Assembly: GCA_013265495.1 (NCBI GenBank)
Contig: MU058065.1
Span: 1,834,364-1,898,363 of the forward strand
Reading direction: 5' to 3'
Source: Vicugna vicugna
Taxonomy: Eukaryota
Length of the DNA: 64,000 bases
Below, piece by piece: positions 1 through 12,855 of this stretch. Under the pieces are notes generated by a model that saw only the letters and a list, made by a program, of their open reading frames with translations, was not told where the DNA came from and made no database searches. How positions within the stretch are numbered: position 1 is the stretch's first letter; every line of letters starts with the position of its first letter. The translations under genes were made by a program, and so were the position numbers.

Positions 1-1620
1 TTAAAAACTTCTGTCAGTAGACGAATGATGAAAATATAATTTTAAAATTATATACTCTCATCATCCAAAGGTGGCATAACATTTATTTTCTACCCACCAA
101 TTATTTTCAAACAAAAGGGAATGTAATTTTATTTAGCTTGGTCACTTTATCAGAACAGCTAGGGAATACACATCACACCAAAATATGTTTTTAGTAAAAT
201 CACAACATGAGTTTCATAGAGAATTAGTTTGTTGTTGTACTAATTACTTTCACCACCCAAAGAAATAGCGTGGAACAATGCATGCAAAAAGAATTTTTTT
301 AAATAACTTCTTTCCGTATAAAACTATGAATACAAAAGTGAAAGCAAATTAAAAAGCAGCACACGTAAGATGCTCTTGTTTACTTGTTTGTAGTGTATAA
401 AACGTGAAAAGAAGAGGAAGTGAAGGCTGTTAATAGTAGCTGTCTCTGAGCAGATGGATGGCTGGCGGTCTTAGCCTGTTCATTCTCATCTGTGTCCTCT
501 GACTTTTCTGTCATAGAGATCTCATAAAAGAGGATGGGACCAAAATGGCAAAGTAGGAAGACCCTGAACTCACCTCCTCCCAGGGACACACTAAAATTAC
601 AACTATTTACACATCAACTATCTGTAAGAAAAACCTGAAGACTGGCAAAAAGAAAAGAATTTCCACAACTAAAGACATAAAGAAGGAATCACAACAAGAC
701 AGGTTGGAGGGGCAGAGATGTGATATAGTCAGACCCACATCCCAGGTCAGTGACTCACAAATGGTGGGACTATCACAACTGTAGAAGCCCTCCCCAGGGA
801 GTGAGGGGTCCAAGTCCAACATTGGGCTTCTCAACCAGGGGCTCCTGCCCTGGGAAGATGGGTCCCCAGATGTCTGGCTTTGGAAACAAGCAGGGCTCAT
901 GTTTGGGAGAGCTGGAGGGTTACGGGAAACACCGACTCTGCTCCTAAAGGGAGCACACAAAGTCTCACATGCCTCAAGTCTAAGCACAGAGGCAGTACTT
1001 TGAAAGGAGCCTGAGTCAGACCTGCTTGCTGAACTTGGGGAGCCTCCTGGAGAGACAGAAGGCAGCGGGGACCCCCCGAGACACTGGAGTCAAGCACTTC
1101 TGGGAGCTGGTTCCAGCACAACAGCAGCAGCACTGCCAAGCTCCATTTTGAAATACTCCCCCCAGCCTATCAGCACTGGGGACCCAGCCCCGGCCTCCAG
1201 CAGGCTGGCATGAGCATCAGGCCGCACAGACAGACCCTACAAGACCTGGCCCCCCACCAGCAGGCTAGCAGCAGTCCCACACCCCCTAGGACTCACAGCC
1301 AATTTGTCAGGAAGCCTATCACACCTTACAGCAGGCCTGTTGCCTCCTCAAGAGAGATGGCCTCCCAGTCAACCAGGCCCGGATCCAGCCCCGGGATCCA
1401 GCCCCACCTACCAGCACGCTCACAGTTGTTAGCTCCACCACAGCAGAAGAGTGCATCCAGCCCTCATAGGGGGCACCCCTAGAGCATACAGCTCTGGTGA
1501 CCAGAAGGGAGTGTGCTTCTGGGCCCCAGAGGACATCTCCTACATAAGGCCACTTCTCCAAGATAAGGAAATGCAACCAACCTACCTAACTCATAGATAT
1601 AAACATAGACAAATGGGCAA

Positions 1621-2490
1621 ATGAGATGACAGAAGAATATGTCCCTAATGAAGGAACAAGAAAAAAACCTCAGAAAAAGAACTAAATGAAGAGGACATAA
1701 GAAATCTACCTGATAGGTTAGGTAAGGATCATCAAGATGCTCACAGAACTCGGGAGAAGAATAAACATACCCAGTGACGATTCAAGAAACAGCTAGAAAA
1801 TATAAAGAAGAAGCAAACAGAGCTAAAGAATGCAATAAATGAAATAAAAAATATACTAGAAGGAATCAACAGTAGATTAGATGACACATAGCAATTAATT
1901 GGCCATCTGGAACATAGAACAGGGGAAATTACTCACTAGAGCAAAAAAAAAAGGAAAAAGTTTTTTCTAAATGAGGACAGTTTGACACTTCTGGAACAAC
2001 ATCAAGCACACTAACATTCATATTATAGGAGTTCTGGAAGGAGAAGAGAGAGAGAGAGGGGCAGAGAATTTATTTGAAAAAATAATAATTGAAAATTTCT
2101 CTAATCTGGGGAAGGAAACAGACATCCAGGTCTAGGAAGCACAGAGTCCTAAACAAAATGAACTCAAAAAGAGTCACATTATAATTAAAATGGCAAAAGT
2201 TAAAGATAAATAATCTCAAAAGCAGCAAGAGAAAAGCAACTATTTACATATAAGGGAACTCCCATGAGAGTCTGAACTGACTTTCCAGCAGAAACTTTGC
2301 AGGCCAGAAGGGACTGGCATGATATATAGTCAGAGTGATGAAAGGGAAAAAGCTACAGTCAAGAATATTCTACCCAGCAAGGTTATCACTCAGATTTGAC
2401 AGAGGAAAAGAGTTTCACAGACAAGCAAAAGCTAAAAGAGTTGAAGACCACTAAACTGGCTTTAGAAGAAATGTTAAAGGGACTTCTCTA
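1621..2490 (+). pseudogene. Decayed L1 ORF1 (RNA-binding protein) with stops and frameshifts
   Basis: Starts ATG AGA TGA CAG AAG AAT ATG (MR*QKNM..MKEQE). Contains ORF1-like segments (aacattcatattataggagttctggaaggagaagag; gactttccagcagaaactttgcaggccagaagggactgg) and ends LEEMLKGLL. Confidence 0.8.
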
Positions 2491-2964
2491 CACAGAAAGG
2501 CCAGAACTAGGAATATGAAAATTATGAAGGAAAAATCTCATTGGTAAAGGCAAATACACAGTAAAGATAGCAAACCACTTACAAAGCCAGCAGCAAGGTT
2601 AAAAGACAAAAGTAGGACAATCGACTGTATCTACAGTAAGTAGTTCAGGGATATGCAAACAAAGAGATGTGAGACATGCTGTCAGAAATATTAAATGTGG
2701 AGAGGACTAGTAAACATGTAGGGTGGTTAGAGTGCATTTAAACTTAGGAGAACATCGACTTAAAATAATCACGTACATATATTGGTTGCTGTATATAAAC
2801 TGCATGGTAACCACAAAACTAAAACCCATAATAAATACACACACAAAAAAGAGAAAGGAATCCAAACATAACACTAAAGATAGTCATCAGATCACAAGGG
2901 ATGGAAGCCAAAGATGAAAGGAACAAAAAATAACTACAAAAACAACCAGAAAACAATGAACAAA

Positions 2965-3264
2965 ATGGCAGTAAATGCATACCTATCAATAATTACTTTA
3001 AATGTAGAGAGACTAAATACTCCAATCAAAAGACACAGAGTGGCTGAATGGATTAAAAAAAAAGAAAGAAAAAAACAAGACCAATTTATAGGCTGTTTAA
3101 AAGAGACTCACTTCAGATCTAAAGATACATATAAACTGAAAGTGAGGAGTTGGTAAAAGGTATTTCACGCAGTGGCATGAGAAGAAAGCTGGGGTAGCGA
3201 TACTTGTACAAGACGAAATGGACTTTAAAACAAAGGCTATAACAAGAGGCAGAGAAGAAAATTA
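2965..3264 (+). pseudogene. L1 ORF2 endonuclease N-terminal fragment
   Basis: ORF 2914-3156 contains MAVNAYLSIITLNVERLNTPIKRHRVAEWI...CLKETH, matching the L1 EN motifs ITLNVNGLN and CLQETH. Continues as DFKTKAITR in ORF 3218. Confidence 0.9.
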
Positions 3265-3400
3265 CAGTTGTCCCTTGGTATCTTGGGGTGATTTTTCCCA
3301 GGAGCTCCTGGATATAGCAGAATTCTCAGATACTCAAGTCCCTTATGTAAAATGGCGAAGTGCAGTGAGCGCAGCTAGCCCTCTGCGCCCGCAGATACAA
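3265..3400 (+). mobile_element. Short MER2-like (TcMar-Tigger) non-autonomous element
   Basis: TA + cagttgtcccttggtatc...gatactcaagtcccttatgtaaaatggcg; similar to the copies at 19657 and 45312. Confidence 0.75.
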
Positions 3401-3407
3401 AGCCCTT

Positions 3408-3472
3408 CGGCCTTCCTGTGTCCCCATCCTGCTGTTCACCCTGCAGACCTTGGGATTAGGGTTTGTCAGCCC

Positions 3473-3523
<51 letters not shown>

Positions 3524-3565
3524 AAACCTATTCATGCTCTTTCTTTGGAGAACCCTGACATACAT
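3408..3565 (+). mobile_element. 3' end of an ERVL LTR (MLT2-like)
   Basis: ccctgcagaccttggga...tttgtcagcc and terminal cctatt...tctttggagaaccctgacataca resemble the MLT2 3' end, which typically carries a microsatellite. Confidence 0.65.
3475..3520. repeat. (GT)23 microsatellite
   Basis: Perfect GT dinucleotide run of 46 nt. Confidence 0.98.
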
Positions 3566-6500
3566 ACCAGATTCCAGGAAATAGGACCCCCAGAGAACCT
3601 AAGAAACACAGATCATGCTACTTCCCAACTCTTAAAAGTGGCCTTTCTGGATGAAAAGTGTACTGGGGCTGGAAAATTGGTTTAGACATCCACTCTAATA
3701 CTTTTACTAGAAACAATACTGAGAAATCGGCCTACATTTGCCCTTTTTTTCTTGTTTCACATCGTCTTAAAGGAAGCTCAGTTTTGTCATGTAAAATAGC
3801 AGCTAATGTTTACTGTTTCCTTCCATCTGGTACAAATGGTCATGGTGTGAATTGTAGATAAAGGTTTGTTGATAAGTCAACAGGTTTGCTAGACCATGAG
3901 AAGAGGCTGGTTTATAACACATCCTTCCAGCTGCGGCATAGAACTGCAACCACAATAAACAACACATGTACTTTTTGCAGGTGAGTTGTAGATAAAAATA
4001 CCAGGCAAGCAGCTGCTGGGGTAGGTGTGCCAGGACTGGGCATCGTTTTTGCTCAATTCAATTGCAATTGACGAAGGAAGGTTTTTAATAAAATCTCAGA
4101 ACGTATAGCCACGCCTGGTATTGGACTGGAGGAACAGAAGGATATTATCAAAGGAGTTTTATCACTCATGAGGGAAGCCAAAGACATGAAAATATTTGGG
4201 AAATAGGCAACTATTCGAGAGGGAGATTAAGAGCTGAATTTACACTTTCAGAAAAGGAACGATTTGATAATAAAGTCTAATGGAAACATGTAGACAGTGA
4301 ATACACATGCAAATAAATGGACAGTGGAGACTTTAACATAGCAGTGCTTTCCCCTATACATGGCTTTATCTGACACTTACATCTCCACGAGAGAAGAGCA
4401 ATGGTCCTGTTTCACAAAATAAGAAATGGACGGCTTGGAGGAGTCAGTTGTTTTAGAATCCTAGACTCGCAATCAGGACGACATACCACCTTTCATTTGT
4501 GTCTCATAAACGTTCCACTTTCCCCGGCCACTTATTTCATCGCATTCATTATTTTCTCTGCAGTCCCAAGACAACACTAACTGTACTTCCCAATGAAAGT
4601 GCATTATTATGAAACTCATGGGGTAGAGTTTTTCTCTCTTTGTCCCTCTGAGGCATTCGCTGTCTGCAGGATGATTCTTCTGGACCTGAGTAGCCCGTGT
4701 TGAGGGATCTGTGTGAGTAGGGAGTAACGAGAGAGGGGACAGGCAGCCCTCCCATAGACACCACCTTGAGTGCCTTTGGCTGAAGCGACCTTAAAGCAGA
4801 CCCCTTAAAGAGTTAATCCAAAGCTTGCAAACAAAACCAGGCACAAAACAATTTGGCACACAGGGCAATTTTTTTTTTAATTAAAGCTAAAAGCCTCTAG
4901 GTGAGACATAAACTCACCATAGCCCTGAGCTGTCTTACCCGTGGCTGCCTCTGATATGTGACACCTCTGTGGCCCCGAAAGCCCCTGAAGCAGTTCTTTC
5001 CCTCCAGAATAAGCGATGCTTATTCCGAAGCTGCACTGCATAGGGCGTGAATGGAGTGAGGGTGGGATCAAATACTGTAGCCCTTGTCTGGATACTCCGT
5101 TCTTTAAAACCTCACTGTGGCTAAGATTTCATGTCTCAGTTTGCTGGGTGAAGGGATTAACCCCATAACAAAGCATCTAAAGCTTTCAGAGAGTGCCAGC
5201 ACCCCGAATCCCCCTTGTTTCCTATCTCCAGTCTCCCTTGAACCCTGCCTTCCCCTCTAATATCCCATTCCCTTGATCTTCTCATCCTCTCTAAAGAAAT
5301 AACCAGGTAAAGTCCACATCCCCAGGCACTGAGAGCCAATGACAACAATCACGATAATTAACTTGGGTAGAGTTTATACCATGTGCTTTCATATTGTATA
5401 TAACACTAAGGGAATTGTTAACCATATTTTACCTATGACGAAGTTGAGGATTCAGGCACAGAATGACATTCTATAGGATCCTAATCTAAATTGCTTGTCC
5501 TGGGCCCTTGACCCCAGTATCTCTTCTGCCTTCTCCTCCAGCCATCCGGCACCCTCTGCTCTGAAAAGGAGAGAGCTGGACTTTGACTCAGGCTATGAAA
5601 ATCTGCCCCTGGGAAGGGAAGGCAAGGGGAGGGTGGCAGAAGAGAGGGAAAGCAGGAGTCTTTCTTCCAGGCTCCAATCCCACACTTCCCTGCTCTTACA
5701 CTTCCTCTGCAAAGAAGCAAACCAAACACATCCACCAAGAAGACAAAAACCCATTTCCTTCTGAAACTTCATCTGGGGGATCTAGAATAGAAATTCATAC
5801 TCTCCCCATTAACATAACTTAGACTTTATTTCTTGCAAATTAATGCCCTAATCTTATGAGATCTGGAAAGCAATTGCCTGACTTTTCCTCAGATCACATA
5901 GTGAAGAATCCATGTAAACTAGACAGTGACTAGTAAAAGGCTCAAATCACCTTTCCCAAGAGAGGAGGCAAGGAAAGGGAAAAAAGAAGTAGAGAAGGGT
6001 TTCAGTTTTCCTTTCCTAGTTGCATATATGATAAATTTCCATTAAACGTTGATGCATTTTTAATATGATGTCTTTAAAACTACACAAGAAGAGAAAAAAG
6101 GCACCCAGGACCTGCACTCAGATGCAGAGCCCTCAGGGTCCAGGAGTACCTACAGATCTCAAACCTGGCTCTATCCCCGTCTATCACAAGAGGCTGGCTT
6201 CTTTCAGGGAGGCTGGGCTGTGCGGGTCACCCAGAGAGCCTGCTAAGTGGCCTAAGCCTCCTGTCACCTGGAAGTCCATCCATGTGATGGTCACCTTGGA
6301 GGCTTTTTGTGTAAGTTAAATAAACGGATAGGAAAATAAATAAGACATACATGCATTCATACATTTGTAATGTATTCAGGGCAGAAATCCATTCAAAGCT
6401 AATTGCTAAGCAAATTAACAGACTAACTGAATTGCCCAGAAATTGTTACTTAGTGTGGGTAACATAATACTATGTGTTAAATATAAACTATCGTTGACCC

Positions 6501-7849
6501 TAGAGGAACTTTTATTTAAGAAGAGGAAGAAATTACGCCTTAGAGCCTTCAGTTTTTTTAAGCTCTTTACCATCTGTTTGGGTGAAAGACTATATAAAGG
6601 CCGCTAATCACCATTATCACTAATTATCTGTCACTAGAAATCTTTTTCAGTTTACCATTAGCATTAAATTTGAAGCAAGAAGCAGGCTTATGAAATCCTA
6701 GAATATATTTTTATTCTCTACAGAGACAAGTAGTTTACAAAACACTTTTGAGATTCTAATGTGGACTCTAAATCCGAAAACATGGCATCCAAGCCCATTT
6801 TACCTTTGTGCAGGGAACTGCCTATTTGGTGCTCAGACTGAGAGCTGTATAATCCAGGCTCAGTTAGGTTCTGACACAATTAGGTTCTAGCCAGTTGCCA
6901 GGGAGGCTCTGATAGCTGCAGAGGACTAGCAGGGGAGTGGTAGAGGCGACGGCCCTTGGCTTGGATTGCAAAGGCCCTGCAATTCAGTGAGTCTAGGCCC
7001 TGAAAGAGACAGGTTGTGTATGTCTACTAGACCGTGAGCAAAACCCTCCTTCACTTACCCTGCTCCATTCACGCAACCACTTAACACAAAGAGGGACCCA
7101 TAGAAGAAGCTTGACAAATATTAGTTGTCGTTGTTTGTGGTTGTAGTGGAAGGACTCTTGGCTTCTTGGCTTGATTTTCTAATAAGTTGTTTCTAAGGAT
7201 CAACTAATTTTATTTTAAAAGAGTTGAGATATTAGATAGTCCATCTTTTTCAAGAGCTTACTAAGCAGACTTGGATTCCAGTTTCCATATATCTAGATAG
7301 TCATTTCGTGGCTTGATTTCCCTCTCGACACACTTAAAACTGTATTAACCTGCTATCCAACTCTGGAGGCCAGAACTTACCCAGGAACCAAAGAATATTT
7401 TCTAGGAAAACATGGCAGCTTTCCTCCATGGTGTGCCCTCCGGGATTACAGACACTCTGGAAAGTCTAAATGCCTCAATTTATCTCTTAATATCCTTGAC
7501 AATATGATACCATCCTATATTTCCAGCCCCATTGCCCAATTGTTACCTACATAAACCTTGGTCTATAATAAACTCAGACTATATAATGATCCTTGAACCT
7601 CAGAATTTAGTTCGTCTAGAAAATTTACTGGCCATATACAAAATACCTTTGTTCTGTAACTTTGTTCATGCCATTTTATCTTCCAGTAATTAATTTCTTC
7701 CATACTCCACTCACACTTTAAAGTTGTCACAGATAGTTTTTGGAAATTTATCTTCCCAGACTCCCTTTCTTGCCACCTGACACCATCCACCCCATCCCAC
7801 TAGGGCTGCTAAAGGAATGGGTTTAGGGGACCGTGTTTATATCATGGAT

Positions 7850-8300
7850 TCCTATTTCTACTCTCAGCAGAGTGAAACATGTTGGGTGCTTAGCTGACCC
7901 AAACTGGACCTATCAGATTCTTTTCTTGGGAATCTAGAAATAACACAGAGTCAATTCAACATAGAAAACTGTGTAAGACTCATCGAGGGTCTATTCTTGA
8001 GTCAGTCCCATGTTAACCGAAAGTTACATGCAAAACAAAGTTATGGAGCATTGCAGACCAAGGATAAGCAAACAAAGTCGGTTTGCCATACAGAAGAGAG
8101 CATGCCTTGCAAAATTATGCACATAAGAATTACGCAGCCACTGAAAGGAAAAGCAGCGATGGTCCTTGGCAGCTCCCCAGGGTGCAGCTCCACTCCCAGC
8201 TGTATCTCATTTATGTGAGAGCTCCACTTCCTAAATATAAACCTTCTTTTCAATTGGAATTAATTTGACTGGATTTCCATCTCTTACAACTATTGAGTTT
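7850..8300 (+). mobile_element. Old ERVL-MaLR (MLT1-like) LTR remnant
   Basis: tgacccaaactggacctatcagattc and terminal ttatgtgaga...aaaccttctttt...ggatttccatctcttacaac resemble MLT1 LTRs. Boundaries approximate. Confidence 0.45.
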
Positions 8301-8734
8301 TGCCTTTAAAAAAATACTCTCGCTCAGTTGACAACTCTTCCATGACACTTTTTCGACTTACCTCAGCCGAAACCATTCTTGCCTTGCTATGCTACCTCGT
8401 CATGAGCTCCCTGCTTCTCTATTCTCACTGCCTTTCAGTTGCTGCATGAACCCCCCAGAGGCTTAACCCCCCCAACCCAAGCCCTAGGATAGATCATGTT
8501 TTATTATCTGGAGAAATTGGAGAAACCTAAGTTCAACCACGTCACAGTGCTCTGCTAGGAGTTCGTGCTGTCAAACTTCAGCTTGTTTCTATTACCAAAC
8601 TCCCATCTTTGTCCCCTGCTTTGATAATTTGGTATATGAGATCTTCCTAAATTGATTCCACCTTGCCCTGACCAGTTGTTTTCTGAAAATCCAGTTCAAA
8701 GGCAGGGGCTCTTTTAGTAACCGCTTGGTATTGG

Positions 8735-8943
8735 CAGTGGTTCTCAAGAAGGGGGAGTGATTTTGACATATGACCATGTCTGTTAACACAACCTGGGGGG
8801 AAGGGGCGTTACTTGCCATTAGTGGATAGAGACCAGAGAAGCTGATAAAATCCTTCAATGCACAGGACACCGTCCCACAACAAAGAATCATCCAGTCCAA
8901 AATGAGAATAACGTGAATAAAATGTTGAAATTGAGAAACTCTA
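8735..8943 (+). mobile_element. MER20 (hAT-Charlie) DNA transposon
   Basis: Ends are cagtggttctcaa and ttgagaaactcta. Internal tagtggatagagaccagagaagctgataaaatcct...cacaacaaagaatcatccagtccaaaatg is typical of MER20. Confidence 0.85.
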
Positions 8944-9269
8944 CTTTAGTGGGCAAATAGCCTTGAGCCAGTAATGTAACAGAATTTCCCTCCATAAAAT
9001 ATAGGTATATACTTCCTGTAGGGTTATCATAGTACCTAACACAATGCTTTCAAAACTTTTGGCACTTTGTCATGATTATGTTTGCACAATGAAAAATATT
9101 TCTTAAATAATATGTCATTATCTAACTATTCCTTCCTTACACCATCTAAACTTTGGGGTTGGAAAAATTCTTGGCAGTGATGAATTCTATGTTTACTTGT
9201 CAAATCTCTTGGGATTCTAAAGGCTTTGATCATATTTGTCTGTTGATTTTTTTAAATAAAATTTTTAAA

Positions 9270-10435
9270 TAAAACTTTTTATAGTGATAAAATATACATA
9301 ACGTAAAATTAAAATTTTACCATCCTAACCATTTTTAAGTGTACAGTTCAGTGGTGTTAAATACATTCACACTGTTGTGTAACCATCACCACCATCCATC
9401 TCCAGAAACCTTTCATCTTCCAAAATGGAAACTCTATACCCATTGAACAACCACTCCTCATTTCCTCTTCCCCCACCCCATGGCAATCACCAGTCTACTT
9501 TCTGTCTCTATTTGACTACCCTTGGCACTCATGTAAGTGGAATCATACAGTGTTTGTCTCTTGGTGACTGGCTTATTGCACTTAGCCTAATACTCTCAAG
9601 GTTCAGACATGCCATAGCATGTGTTACAATTCCATTACTTTTTAAAGGCTGAGTGATACTCTTTAGTATGTATATACCACATTTGGTTTATCTGTTCATC
9701 CATCAATGTACACATGGGTTGCTTCCACATTTTAGCTTATTGTGAATAATGCTGCTATGAATATGGTTGTACAAACATCTCTTCAAAACCTTTCTTTCAA
9801 TTCTTTTGGCTACATACCCAAAAATAGAATTGCTGGATCACTGGTAATTCTGTTTTTAATTTAATAAAGAACTGCCATATTGTTTAGCAGAGTGTTGTAC
9901 AATTTTACATTCCCACCAACAGTACACAAGGGTTCCAATTTCTCCACATTCTCACCAACCTTGTTGTATATATATATTCTAATAGTAAGCATCCCAATGG
10001 ATGTGAGGTAGTGTCTCAGTGTAGTTTTTATTGGCATTTGCATAACTATTAGTGATATTGAGTATATTTCCAACTGATTATTGGTCATTTGTACATCTTC
10101 CTTAAAGAAATGTCTATTTAAGTCCCTTTGCCTATTTTTGACTTGAACTCTTTGGTTTTATTCTTGTTGCATTTTAGGAATTCTCTATATAGTCTGTATA
10201 TTAATCCTTTATCATGTATATGATTTGCAAATATTTTCTCCCATTCTGTGGATTGCCCTTTAATTTGTTAATAGTGTCTTTTGATGCATAAAAATTTTTA
10301 TTCACATGAAGTCCAATTTGTCTATTTTTTTCTTTTATTGCCTTTGTCTTTTAGTGTCATGTCCAAGAAATCATTGCCAAATCCAATGTCGTGAAGCTTC
10401 TGTTCCATGTTTTCTTCTAAGAGTTTGGTAGTTTA
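9270..10435 (-). mobile_element. L1M (L1MA/L1MB-like) 3' UTR and ORF2 end
   Basis: Canonical antisense L1 3' sequence (accatttttaagtgtacagttcagtgg; aataatgctgctatgaat; cattcccaccaacagt). Minus-strand ORF 9861-10088 resembles the ORF2 C-terminus (IKTTLRHYLT...VEKLEPLCTVGGNV). Confidence 0.9.
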
Positions 10436-10679
10436 TTTATATTCTCCTCTTGATTTATTTTTGAGCTTTATTTTTCTAGATAAAGTCTGTAGTCTAAACA
10501 TGCTCTGGGTAAAATACACACAGATGTCTTACTCATCTATAAAATCTGAAGGTAACTAGCTCTCGTGCCTGCACTTGTGCACATGTGTGTATCCAAGTTC
10601 TTGTGCATCTGTGTTAGGGTATCATTGTTGCAAGAAATAGCAAAAGCATATAACACCAGGACAGGAAAATATGAACCTG

Positions 10680-11300
10680 TTAGATAGGGTAGGCTAATGA
10701 CTAAACAAACAGACCCCTAAATTGATAGCTATTCAAACAAAATAGAACTTTTTTTTGTTTATGTAACTTCCAAAGCAAATATTTTTGTATGATGGCGAGC
10801 TTTCCTCAAAGTAATGTTTCAAAGACCCAGGCTCATATGATATCACTTACATATGGAATCTAAAAAAAGCAAACAAACTTATTTACAAAGCAGAAACAGA
10901 TTCACAGACATAGAAAACTAACTTATGGGTATGGGGGGAAGGGGTGGGAAGGGGTAAATTGGGAGTTCAAGATTTGCAGATACTAACTAATACATAAAAA
11001 ACAGATAAATAACAAATTTATACTGTATAGCACAGGGAACTACATTCAATATCTGGTAGTAATGAGATATGAGAATATGAAAATGAACATATGTATGTTC
11101 CTATATGACTGAACTATTATGCTGTACACCAGAAATTTACACAACATTGTAAACTGACTATACTTCAATAAAATATATATGTGTGTAATTTTAAAAAGAC
11201 CCATGCTCCTTCCTTCTTGTGCCATCTTTAATAGGCTGCATGTCCATTGGCATCAAGCTGGTGAAAAGGGACAGAGAGAGTAAAGAAGCTACATCTGCTT
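10680..11300 (-). mobile_element. Old MaLR (MLT1-like) LTR remnant interrupted by an L1
   Basis: Flanks join into an MLT1-like motif (gacccaggctccttccttcttgtg) once the L1 is removed. Boundaries approximate. Confidence 0.45.
10835..11194 (+). mobile_element. 5'-truncated cetartiodactyl-type L1 3' end with target-site duplication
   Basis: atatgatatcacttacatatggaatctaaaaaa...tactgtatagcacagggaacta...ttgtaaactgactatacttcaataaaa. TSD aaagacccaggctc (10821-10834) / aaagacccatgctc (11195-11208). Confidence 0.9.
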
Positions 11301-12797
11301 CTTAACTATCTAGAACAGGTTCTCAGGAAAAGGGCGCAGGTTGGTTCGCTCAGCAAGTAAAATGTGGAAACACTACATAGGCTTGGCAGCTATCAACAGT
11401 CCCCAATTTTTACACTTAAAAGACTGTATTTACTTTGAGGCCTTTTGTAAGGACACTGTGTTGAATAGATGATAAATTTAATCTGAGGGTAATCTATTTA
11501 ACTAACATCATCACTAAAGAAAACATGTAACTAATCTTTACTTCTGGGGTTTGTACCAGTGCCCAGAAACAGTCAACCTCATTGACAAGGCTTGAATTTT
11601 CAGCAGTGTACCTTGGGCTCAATACATATTCATAGAACGTCAGACTTAGCCCATAGGAACAGGCTCATGAAATCAGACGCAGAAATTATGTGAGGGGACA
11701 AAGTTAATAAATGGTGGGATACCCCCCAATATAAGTCTCCTGTAGGACTGAAACGTACACATTTTAAAGGCATCCTCTGGAGTTTAACAAAGGTCTCCAA
11801 GTAGCCCCTGTTAGGATATGTGTATATATGACTTAGAGAGATTACCAGATGTGTTTATAGTTTCAGGAAGCATTTATATGCCAGTCACTGTCCTAAATCC
11901 TTTATACCATTCACAATTTATCAGAATTTTTTTTTCAGATTATTATCTTCCACTTAAGGAATGGCATACAGGGGAGTAACTTTTGTTAAAACGGGATTTG
12001 GTTAGCTTCAAAATATGTCCAGGGGCCCTACACAGCCAGTATGTGCACTGGGATTCTGGCCATCAGGGAGGGAAAAGGAGGTAGGAGATGGTGAGGAAAC
12101 AGGAGACAGGAGTGTCACAAAACACGCATCTTACCTCCTTTATTTTTCTGATAGAACTTGATTTTGACAATGGTACTCCTTTTGCTGGTCCGATTCCATG
12201 GCCCTACTTTGAGGCAATGACCTTCCAAGTTAGCAGGAGTCTCCTAAGTCTCTGAGATTCTTTTGGACTTGTCTCAGTTCATGGATGACCTTCCAGAAAT
12301 GAGCTGACATTTCTTGTGGCATTTTTAGGATGCTGAGTGGGGCTGGCTGTAAGCTGAGCTGTTCAGGATACATCTTTGCCTTTCACTCTCCTCCAGAGCT
12401 TACTCAGAATGCAGCGGGCGTGTGGGTCTGCCAGGAGGTGGCCTCCACTCCACCAGTGCATTGACCATCTCCTACTGGCATAATGACCTGCCTTCCAAGA
12501 AGCCTAGCCTATTCCTAAGGGGGATATTCTCACCCTTTCACAAGTAGAGGTGGGGTGAGCGTGCTCCTACCAGCTGTGCTCCCCTCTCAGCTTGGAATCC
12601 AGGCAAATTCCAGAGGGGGGCATTTTGCCAGGAAGCGGGACATAGTAACACAAAGAGCTTAGGCATCTTCCACAACTTGTGGATGGCTTGGAGGGCTATG
12701 CATAAATCTTGATTGAATCATTGGCCTTTTAATTTATGTAACAGATAGTAGTTCTTAGCTCATGTACTTTCTAGTGCATGTTCCTGAAATTAACATC

Positions 12798-12855
12798 TTG
12801 CACATGTTAGATTGAACATGTTAGACTGCACATGTTAGATTGCACATGCTAGATT
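12798..12855. repeat. 14-bp minisatellite x4 (ttgcacatgttaga)
   Basis: Units at 12798, 12812, 12826 and 12840, each with 0-1 mismatch to the consensus. Confidence 0.92.

Larger units (their letters stand above)
530..3264 (+). mobile_element. LINE-1 5' portion (5'UTR, decayed ORF1, inter-ORF spacer, start of ORF2); 3' part missing
   Basis: Begins with an L1-type 5' end (aaaatggcaaagtaggaagaccctgaactcacctcctccc). A GC-richer UTR runs to ~1600, followed by an A-rich ORF1 remnant and the ORF2 endonuclease N-terminus. Ends abruptly at a TA where a MER2-like element starts. Confidence 0.9.

Noticed and set aside
3218..3685. 155-aa ORF with CVCVCV run
   Set aside because: Chance read-through of L1, MER2, LTR and the (GT)n microsatellite.
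3968..3986. ctttttgcag|gtgagt, resembling a recursive splice site
   Set aside because: It lies 26 kb upstream of CUL3, outside any supported transcript, and has a short pyrimidine tract.
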